Shown: piece by piece, positions 56,589 to 64,000 of the stretch | How the letters are laid out: the number at the start of each line of letters is the position of its first letter | Numbering within the stretch: position 1 is the stretch's first letter | Notes under the pieces: model-generated | Told to the model about the DNA's origin: nothing | Databases searched by the model: none | Seen by the model: only the letters and a program-made list of their open reading frames with translations | Assembly: GCA_963811105.1 (NCBI GenBank) | Contig: CAWEPZ010000011.1 | Coordinates: 160,001-224,000, forward strand | Reading direction: 5' to 3' | Origin: Candidatus Bathyarchaeota archaeon | Lineage (GTDB): Archaea > Thermoproteota > Bathyarchaeia > Bathyarchaeales > Bathycorpusculaceae | DNA: 64,000 bases | Position numbers and translations under genes: made by a program

Positions 56589-58500
56589 AAGTTTCTAATA
56601 TTGCTGGAACAACTGTGTTTATACCTGCTTTGTTGTCTAAATAGTTAGCGAAGGTCATGGTTTTCTGTTTTTCACCATGGACAACAAAGATGCGTTCAGG
56701 TTTAGGTGTCAAATGCGTTAGGTAATTAACAAGTTGTCGCCTGTCTGAGTGCCCGGAAAAGCCTTCGATTGACTCATTTTGCATCTTGACTGAGAGTGCC
56801 GCCATTTTGCCTTCATTATCCATCATTGTGACTTCACCTACGCCTTTCTGCACGCGTTTACCCATGGTACCTTCAATTTGGTAGCTCACAAAGATTATGG
56901 TGTTTCTCTCATCGCTTGCCCAGCTTTTGAAGTACTCTATTACTGGTCCACCTTCAAGCATACCTGATGTGGCAAGGACGATGCATGGTTCTCCTTCAAT
57001 GATACTTTGCCTAACGCTGGGATGCTCCACGATAGTGAAGTAATCGCTTTGGAACGGGTTGATTCCTTCATGCAAGATACTGTGGCGAACTTCTCTACCC
57101 AGATATTCTGGGTAAGCGGTGTGGATGGCTGTTGCTTCGCTAATCATGCCTTCGATGAATACTGGTGCTTCCTTCATTAAACCGCGTTTCATATAGCCAT
57201 CGATTATGAGCATGATTTCTTGGGCCCTACCTACTGCGGGCACTGGAATTAGGACTTTGCCTTTTCGCTCTAAAGTCTGGTTTATTACGCGGGTCATAGC
57301 TTCTTCAGCTTCAATTCGGGAAGGCATAACATCATCCGAGCCACCATATGTGCTTTCTGTGATCACTGTTTCAATTCGTGGAAACTCGGTCGTAGCAGCT
57401 TCGAGCAGCATGGTTCGGGCAAACTTGTAGTCGCTTGTGTAAACAATGTTATGTAAGCCTTCGCCAATATGCAAGTGCACCATTGCGCCCCCTAAAATGT
57501 GTCCGGAATTATGAAGCGTTAAACGAATGTCAGGTGCAATGTCGGTAACTACACCATACCTTAGAGGGATTGTATGCAAAACACATTCGCGAACATCCTT
57601 TTGATCGTAGTAAGGTGTAACGCCCTGTTTTCCGGCCACATCTAAATAATCCAATTGAAGCATAGTCATCAAATTGGATGTTGGTGCCGTACAGTAAATT
57701 GGTCCATCATAACCATACTTGTATAGGAACGGCGCTAAACCGCAATGATCAAGGTGAGCATGACTAATAACAACGGCATCTAAAGAATCAATTTGGAACT
57801 CTGGACAATCGAAACGTGGAAACGACTCAAAAGGCCTGTTTGAACCAGGATTAATACCGCAATCCAACAATACGCTGCTTTCTCGAGTCTTAACAAGGAA
57901 TGCTGAACGTCCAACCTCTTGTGCTCCACCAAGAACTGTCATGCGTATGTCGCCAACATCGTAGCTTTTTGGTCTAAAGATTCTCTCGCCCACAGTTCGA
58001 AGGATACGTTCTCTCTCTTTACTTTCCGAATGTAGGTAATGACGCATATGAGTAACAATTTTGGACTTAATCGGAGGGCTACGTAGAACATGAGGGCGCC
58101 ACTTGGTTTTTTTTATTATTTCTTGTAAAACGGCTCCATTTCGTCCGATGACTAAACCTGGTTTTTTAGTTTCAATTATTATTTCGCCGAGACTTGGGTC
58201 AAAGTTTATGTCGGTAATTTCTGCTTCAGCAGGGATTATTTCTCGGGCGACTTTTTCAGCCTCGACTTCGGGCATTCTGACTGAGGGGTCGGGGCGTATG
58301 ACGATTCTTTTTCGGATTACACCAACGATTTCTGCCACTATGCCGCTTTGTTCAACTAAAATCTCTGGCTTCTTAGTGTAAACAGCGAGCATTGGTCCTT
58401 CATATTCAATTCTTGTAACCTCTGCTTCTCTGGGTACTTTCTGCAAAATGAATTGAGTAATTTCTATCTTATCTTTCTCTTTCTCTTGACTTCTCGCCAC
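56575..58500 (-). CDS. aCPSF1/FttA beta-CASP ribonuclease with KH domains (transcription termination factor)
   Basis: N-terminal KH domains, EVGRS, SHAHLDH, ESTYG, AVGRAQE, FSGHSD. Confidence 0.96.
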   Translation of the reverse strand: MARSQEKEKDKIEITQFILQKVPREAEVTRIEYEGPMLAVYTKKPEILVEQSGIVAEIVGVIRKRIVIRPDPSVRMPEVEAEKVAREIIPAEAEITDINFDPSLGEIIIETKKPGLVIGRNGAVLQEIIKKTKWRPHVLRSPPIKSKIVTHMRHYLHSESKERERILRTVGERIFRPKSYDVGDIRMTVLGGAQEVGRSAFLVKTRESSVLLDCGINPGSNRPFESFPRFDCPEFQIDSLDAVVISHAHLDHCGLAPFLYKYGYDGPIYCTAPTSNLMTMLQLDYLDVAGKQGVTPYYDQKDVRECVLHTIPLRYGVVTDIAPDIRLTLHNSGHILGGAMVHLHIGEGLHNIVYTSDYKFARTMLLEAATTEFPRIETVITESTYGGSDDVMPSRIEAEEAMTRVINQTLERKGKVLIPVPAVGRAQEIMLIIDGYMKRGLMKEAPVFIEGMISEATAIHTAYPEYLGREVRHSILHEGINPFQSDYFTIVEHPSVRQSIIEGEPCIVLATSGMLEGGPVIEYFKSWASDERNTIIFVSYQIEGTMGKRVQKGVGEVTMMDNEGKMAALSVKMQNESIEGFSGHSDRRQLVNYLTHLTPKPERIFVVHGEKQKTMTFANYLDNKAGINTVVPAILETFRLL

Positions 58501-58505
58501 AGTAT

Positions 58506-59150
58506 TTAACTTCCCACATTGAGGAGTTTGCTTTTTTCTTCAGCTGATAATTCCCGGTAACCTTTGTCGTCGATTACAATGATATTGTAACTGTTGCCGC
58601 TTGCTACATCACGTTTCATTGCTGCGTTAACAGCTTTTGCAATCGTTGGTAACGCCTCGGCAATAGTCATGTCTTCTCGGTAGTTATCCTCAAGAATACC
58701 GTAAGCAATCGGTGAACCAGAACCTGTTGAAACCGATTTCTCCTCATTTAGACTTCCAAATGGATCCAAATTGAAGACATGGGGGCCTGTTTCATCAACA
58801 CCGCCAACTAGAACCTGAGTTGCCAGAGGTATGTAGCGAGCGGAAAAAAGCAAGTTTGCAACGAGTCTTGCTGCTGAACTAACCGGCATTGGCCTGTTTA
58901 AATTTATTTTGTAGAGCTTCGCGTTAGCTGTGAGAATGTCAACTACGCGTTGTGCATCTGCCACAGTTCCAGCTATGGTCATGCCTAGATGGTCATCAAT
59001 CTGGTAGACTTTTTTCCCGAATTTGTGGGCAACGTAGAAACCCATGGTTACTCGTGTATCAGAAGCTAAAATCACGCCATCTTTGCAGACGACGCCAATC
59101 GTAGTTGTTCCTTTAAGTACTAATTGACTAGCTATATTATTTTGTGACAT
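58506..59150 (-). CDS. psmB: Proteasome beta subunit (start moved to ATG at 59150)
   Basis: Propeptide then LKG|TTT, GTVADAQ, STGSGS, RDVASG; GGGAG Shine-Dalgarno before ATG 59150. Confidence 0.95.
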   Translation of the reverse strand: MSQNNIASQLVLKGTTTIGVVCKDGVILASDTRVTMGFYVAHKFGKKVYQIDDHLGMTIAGTVADAQRVVDILTANAKLYKINLNRPMPVSSAARLVANLLFSARYIPLATQVLVGGVDETGPHVFNLDPFGSLNEEKSVSTGSGSPIAYGILEDNYREDMTIAEALPTIAKAVNAAMKRDVASGNSYNIIVIDDKGYRELSAEEKSKLLNVGS

Positions 59151-59857
59151 AGTCTTGATGCTCCCTAAAACTTCAATTGCGGAATGCCATCCACTAGGAA
59201 GTAGCATCATGATATCTTTCCGAGAGATTTATTAATATTTCGCCCAGTGGTTCTGGTAACTTCAGGATATTTCGCTCAGATGTATTTGTAGTTAACGGTA
59301 GTTAGATGAACTTTTATTTAAGCCGTACCCCCATAGAAAAGACTGAGAAAATCAAGCATTAAAGAATTATAAATTAGATCGTTTGAGCGTTATTTTGTTT
59401 TAAGTGGTCAAAGCTGTCAGCCTTTACTCGCGAGATTGGAGGACTGAGAGGAAAAAACTTCATACAACTTTAACCGATTCCTATTCAACCAAGTTAGCTT
59501 AAAAGTTTTGCCCCGAGTTGCTACTGTTGAGTCATTTGCGGTTGAGAGCCATAAAAAACAGAAAACTAGGCTTAAAAATATAGTTGATGTATTATCGTTA
59601 GGAATTACATTTCTTCAAACGATTTTTTCCGTTATTTGGTAAAAAAGCCCTTTTGTGCGATATTTGTCCCCTACCATTAGGACTAAAAACTAAAGACCGA
59701 TAAGGGCAATACCCAAAAATTGAAGAAGATAGCTGCTTCACAACAGTTAGCACAGGAAGTTTTGTCTTGCCAATTTGCAAAAAGTGCCTGGCGGTTGTAC
59801 ATTAGACGTTGGTTCAGAATTCTTTACTAAAGCTTTTTAGGGAACTCTCGAATTTTA

Positions 59858-59933
59858 GAGGGCAATCGGCGGGTGAGTGGAGTCTCCTACCCGTTCCGCC
59901 AACCAAAAATAAAACCCGGGAGTAGGGAGAAAA
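59858..59933 (+). promoter_or_regulatory. Candidate riboswitch-like leader of the queT-queC operon
   Basis: GGCGG/CCGCC stem whose loop (TCTCCTAC) is complementary to the SD region (GTAGGGAGA), with an A-rich linker and a competing hairpin. A TTTTTAG TATA-like box lies at 59834-59840. Confidence 0.55.
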
Positions 59934-60437
59934 ATGAACTTAAATCTGCATACGAAAGATTTAGCTTTAATTGCGGTATATGCGGCGCTTTATGCAACGC
60001 TTGTTGTTGTTCTTGGAGGTATCTCTTATGGGCCTATTCAGGTTCGCGTTGCAGATTCAATGGTTGCCGCCGTTCCCTTACTCGGTATAGCTGGAGTTTT
60101 AGGTCACACATTTGGAGTATTCATTGGAAACATTTTCTCTTCAGCCGGTCCCATCGACCTTCTTAACACCATTCCATCTTTTGTCATGTCTTTTGTCGTC
60201 TACTATGTTTATGAACACTCTAAGAATAACTACAGTGTAATCGCAACTTGTGTAGCTTACTCAGTTGTCTTAGGCACAACGGTAGGATGGATGCTATCTT
60301 ACCTATACGGATTGCCACTACTGCTTACAATCGCTTACGTAGCGACAGGAAACGTCGTAGCAACTGTCTTGATTGGATGGCCCGTATTTATTGTTCTTAA
60401 AAGATCTGGGATTTTCGGAAAACAGTTTGGAAACTAA
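59934..60437 (+). CDS. queT: QueT (COG4708) queuosine-precursor transporter family protein
   Basis: IAVYAALY.......ISYGPIQVRVAD...AVP, G..IGNIFS..G..D; adjacent to queC. Confidence 0.88.
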   Translation: MNLNLHTKDLALIAVYAALYATLVVVLGGISYGPIQVRVADSMVAAVPLLGIAGVLGHTFGVFIGNIFSSAGPIDLLNTIPSFVMSFVVYYVYEHSKNNYSVIATCVAYSVVLGTTVGWMLSYLYGLPLLLTIAYVATGNVVATVLIGWPVFIVLKRSGIFGKQFGN

Positions 60438-60460
60438 TAAATAGAAAGGTAGGAAAACGT

Positions 60461-61117
60461 ATGAATCCAACAAAAAAATGCATCATTATTCTCAGCGGTG
60501 GTCCAGATTCAGCCGTAGTTGCGTACTGGGCAAAAAAAGAAGGCTATCAGTTGTTCCCTATAACTTTTAATTATGGCCAAATTGCCGTAAAAGAAACAGC
60601 GGCAGCACAAAAAATCGCAGAAAGCCTTGGTACTAAGACGAAAAACGTCGACCTGTCAGCTTTGAAAACAGTTTTCGGCAATGTAACCTCGCTCTGCAAC
60701 ACCAACATCCCCCTAACCTCTGAGTTCAGCCAACCCATAATTGTTCCTTTCAGAAATGCGATTTTCCTCTCAGTAGCGGTTTCTTATTCGGTTTCGGTTG
60801 GATCTGACAAGATTTTTTATGGCGCGCATGGCTCAGACGAACCTTTCTACCCTGACTGTAGACGAGAATTCTACGAAGCGTTTGAAAAAGCGGCAATGTT
60901 AGGTACAGGTGAGAGCATCAGTATCCAAGCTCCGTTCAGCGGCAAACGCAAATCCGACGTCATCAAGAAAGGCGCTGAACTCGGCGTCCCACTCGAGTTC
61001 ACTTGGTCCTGTTACCGTAATGCTGAGAAGCACTGTGGCATATGCGAGTCATGTGTGAACCGCAAAAAAGCCTTCCAAGAATCAGGCATACTAGATTTAA
61101 CAAATTATGAAGTATAG
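60461..61117 (+). CDS. queC: 7-cyano-7-deazaguanine (preQ0) synthase
   Basis: SGGPDS PP-loop, FNYGQ, VPFRN, YPDCR, TWSCY...HCGICESC..R. Confidence 0.95.
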   Translation: MNPTKKCIIILSGGPDSAVVAYWAKKEGYQLFPITFNYGQIAVKETAAAQKIAESLGTKTKNVDLSALKTVFGNVTSLCNTNIPLTSEFSQPIIVPFRNAIFLSVAVSYSVSVGSDKIFYGAHGSDEPFYPDCRREFYEAFEKAAMLGTGESISIQAPFSGKRKSDVIKKGAELGVPLEFTWSCYRNAEKHCGICESCVNRKKAFQESGILDLTNYEV

Positions 61118-61286
61118 TTTCAAGAGAAACGTGGGGCGGAAAAGCAGTGTTTTAGCTTTTCATTATGTCTAAGAATTAGAAGAGCAGAGCATCCAATTTA
61201 GGTTGAACATAACTAAAAATGAAACAAAATCTCTTTGATAATCAAATCTATCATAAAATTCATTTCTGATTTAGGAGCAAACGGTT

Positions 61287-61839
61287 ATGGATGTATATGA
61301 AGCACCCATTCATGAAAGACGCTCAATTCGAGCCTTCATAGACAAACCAGTTTTTAGAGAAAAGCTTGAAAAAATCCTTGAAGCAGGTAGACTGGCTCCC
61401 TCAGCCAGAATTTTGAGCTTTGGCATTTTGTTGCAATGAGGGATAGCGATAGTAGAAAAGTCCTCTCTAAAGGTCTATATGCAAAGTTCCTCACCCAAGT
61501 GCCGCTTGTAATTGTGACGTGCGGTGACAAAAAAGCCTCGCCTGACTGGTATGCAATGGAGGTAGCTTTAGCTGTTGAAAACATGATTTCAACTGCCGTT
61601 AGAGAAGAATTAGGCACCTGCTGCGTAGGAAGCTTCGGCGGAAAAGAAATCAAGGAACCATTAAAGCTCCTGAAAACTTTGAAGTGCTCTTACTTTTAGC
61701 GGTATGTTATGTAGGAGAAAAACTTGATTTATCAAGCAACCTTTTGAATCTTGTAAGTTCAAGAAAAAAGTTAGACGAAGTTGCCAACGAAGAAACATTT
61801 GGTGAGCCTTTAGTACTTCAAAAAGTTCCAGAGCTCTAA
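61287..61839 (+). pseudogene. Nitroreductase family gene with two or more frameshifts
   Basis: [16 protein letters not shown]...AGRLAPSAR / WHFVA...ALAVENM...LGTCCVGSF / PENFEV...RKKLDEV are split over different frames. Confidence 0.85.
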
Positions 61840-62897
61840 AGCAATGTCTTTTGTTTTTCCAATGAGATCAAACTTGATACTCTCACGCCGATAAGTCTAA
61901 CTTTCTGGTTCTTCTGCAGGTAAGGGGCAAGTTGTTCCCTCGCGTTTTTTTGAAGGTCATAGAGACGGTTAGTTAAGAAGGGCAAAGTTTTGCTTTTGGT
62001 GTGAGTTTCAAAATGTTCAAAACGAATTTTCAAGGTAACAGTTTTGAAAAGTAAATTTTGACTTTCTGTTTCTTTTTGTACCTCAACGCAAAGGTCATCT
62101 AAAGCTTGCAAAATGACAGCAGCATCAGAGGTGTCTTCTTCGAAAGTTGTTTCATGGCTTACACTTTTAACGCCCACACGCTCTTCTACTTCGCTTTTGT
62201 CAATGCCTTTGGCCATCAAATGCATTTGCCAACCCATCACCCCAAAAATTGATGTCAATGATGATGCATCATACTCTGCCAAGTCACCTATGGTATTCAC
62301 CCCAAGCTCTTTCAGTTTAGCTTCAGTCTTTCGTCCTACCCACAGCAGCTTGCGCACAGGCAGTGGCGCTAAAAACACTTCTACTTCTTCATCTCTGACA
62401 ACTGTTAAGCCGTCAGGCTTCTGAAAATCACTCGCGACTTTAGCTACAAGCTTGTTGGGGCCAACACCTATTGAGCAAGTAAGATTTTCCTTTTCTCTAA
62501 TCTCCTGCTTAATCTGCCGAGCCAAAAATTCAGCTTCAACGTAATCTTTAACCTTGCTTGTTACATCCAAAAATGCCTCATCAATTCCCCACTGTTCAAA
62601 ATTTTCCGAGTATTTGCGAGCTATTTCCATAATTTCACTAGAAACTCTGATGTACAATGGAAAATCTGGTGGCAAAAAAACCGCTTCTGGACAAAACCGC
62701 CAAGCCTGTGAGATGGGCATACCTGAGCGCACACCGGCTTTTCTGGCGATATAATTGCTCGTGCTAACGACGCCTCTACCTTTACCCTGTTTAGGGTCAG
62801 CGCCGACAATCACAGGTTTGCTTTTGATTTCTGGGCGCTCTCGCTCCTCAACAGCAGTGTAAAAATGATCCATATCCAAGTGAAAAATTATCCTCGT
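61836..62897 (-). CDS. dinB: DNA polymerase IV (Y family); the N-terminus appears to begin at ACG 62897
   Basis: RIIFHLDMDHFY, SNY.AR..GV.SGMP, GIDEAFLD, SIGVGPNKLVAKVASDFQKPDG, VRLIGVRVS. Confidence 0.93.
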   Translation of the reverse strand, partial: TRIIFHLDMDHFYTAVEERERPEIKSKPVIVGADPKQGKGRGVVSTSNYIARKAGVRSGMPISQAWRFCPEAVFLPPDFPLYIRVSSEIMEIARKYSENFEQWGIDEAFLDVTSKVKDYVEAEFLARQIKQEIREKENLTCSIGVGPNKLVAKVASDFQKPDGLTVVRDEEVEVFLAPLPVRKLLWVGRKTEAKLKELGVNTIGDLAEYDASSLTSIFGVMGWQMHLMAKGIDKSEVEERVGVKSVSHETTFEEDTSDAAVILQALDDLCVEVQKETESQNLLFKTVTLKIRFEHFETHTKSKTLPFLTNRLYDLQKNAREQLAPYLQKNQKVRLIGVRVSSLISLEKQKTLL

Positions 62898-63441
62898 GAC
62901 GATGTCACCCGCGCATATCTTTCCCTTTTTCTACCTCTTTGATAATTAGGTGTTTATTGCCTAAAATATGTCTCCAATCAAATGGGTTTCAATGCCGACG
63001 GAATTACGGATCTCTAATGAGCAGAACCCTGTATCTATTGTTTTATTTTTCTCGCTTTATGTTACATGTCTCTCTTTTTTATTAACAGCATTGTAAGTGT
63101 TTAGAAACTTGCGACTTATCCGAAAATTATGTATTGACGGGTCCCGGATTGTTAACTCGGCGCGGAGCTGAAAATATTCCTTATCTGGGTAAGGGGGATA
63201 TTTTTTGGAGAGGGGCTTTTTCCGCGTTTTGTTACGCCTGACTCGCCAATTACTGTGTCTTTTTCAAGGCACTGATAACATCTAAGTCCAAAATTGCTAA
63301 TAAGAACTTGTGACTGTATTGGCACATCTACAGCTCCTGCAAGCCAATATTAAGGAAAGCAGAGCGAAGTAAGCAACAAAAAAATCTGCACTTGCCGAGC
63401 CAATGTTTTTCTACCTCACAAAAAGAAATGAGGTTTTCAAG

Positions 63442-64000
63442 TTAGTCTTCAGCCTCTTTCCAGTCGGATTCAAAACTTTTTTTTATCACGCCTATGAGGT
63501 TGCTGTTGTTTGTCCAAAGAGAAGGGTTTTCGCCTAATCCGCCTTCTTTGGAGGTGGTAATCAAAGCTTCTTTGTCATCGGACATTATGAAGTGATTCAA
63601 AGGTTCACGATGAAATTTTATATGAACAGACGTGCCATCGATGAGTTTCTGCACTTTTTCTTTGAGCAAACCGTCCGGGCTATCTCCTTCAAAAATCAGG
63701 TAAATCTGACTGCCTTTCTTTATTGCCTGCCTGCATTCTTCAGAAAACTGAGACAAAGTCGGAATTATCCTTGCCTTATCTGCAACCAAAGACACTTCTT
63801 TTCTTGAGTTTCTAATCAATTCTGAAGTTTTTGCCAAAATCGCCTTTTTTTCTGCTATCAATATGTAGATGCTTTCTTCCCCAGGAAGCGGGAGTTTCCA
63901 ATCCTTAAGAGACAACTTTTGGACCCTACTTCTCATCCCCGTTAAACGGTCATCAGATCTGTTTTTTTCTTCGGCCACCAGTAAGCTTAATGCATCCGAA
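63442..64000 (-). CDS. TrmB-family regulator, C-terminal part (5' end beyond the window)
   Basis: The frame stays open to the window edge (SDALSLLVAEEK). ELIRNSRKEV, FIMSDDKEALI, SLWTNN..LI...FE..W fit the TrmB effector domain. Confidence 0.75.
   Translation of the reverse strand, partial: SDALSLLVAEEKNRSDDRLTGMRSRVQKLSLKDWKLPLPGEESIYILIAEKKAILAKTSELIRNSRKEVSLVADKARIIPTLSQFSEECRQAIKKGSQIYLIFEGDSPDGLLKEKVQKLIDGTSVHIKFHREPLNHFIMSDDKEALITTSKEGGLGENPSLWTNNSNLIGVIKKSFESDWKEAED

Noticed and set aside
59220-59800. Long intergenic region with a short hydrophobic peptide on the minus strand
   Set aside because: It has multiple stops and no recognisable family, so a call cannot be supported.
1-64000. 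CRISPR arrays, transposases/integrases, rRNA genes
   Set aside because: None seen in the sequence or the ORF track.

Overview
Archaeal chromosomal window, most consistent with Bathyarchaeia. Evidence for this is inferred from gene content: archaeal EF-1alpha, LeuRS and TyrRS, aCPSF1 next to proteasome beta, short XPF, SepF, the fwdDBAC formylmethanofuran dehydrogenase operon and an orphan receiver protein. The first ~20 kb is accessory: ABC exporters, AlkA, a KamA-family radical SAM enzyme, GNATs and two operons of unknown function. The rest is mostly housekeeping genes plus tRNA-Pro(CGG), interspersed with decayed genes (sucC, fba, nitroreductase, DUF420, DUF190, an internally deleted HPr-kinase-like gene). 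I saw no CRISPR array, transposase or rRNA. The best novel candidates are: (1) a riboswitch-like pseudoknot leader that can sequester the Shine-Dalgarno sequence of a queT-queC (preQ0/archaeosine) operon; (2) a three-gene operon with a divergent SelO-like AMPylase, a coiled-coil/helical protein and a membrane-anchored zinc-ribbon protein; (3) a ~215-nt two-domain structured ncRNA, one hairpin of which resembles an H/ACA guide; (4) a dinB whose natural N-terminus appears to start at ACG inside a hairpin; and (5) a KamA homologue lacking the lysine-specificity residues. All family assignments come from motif recognition by eye; no searches or folding programs were run.
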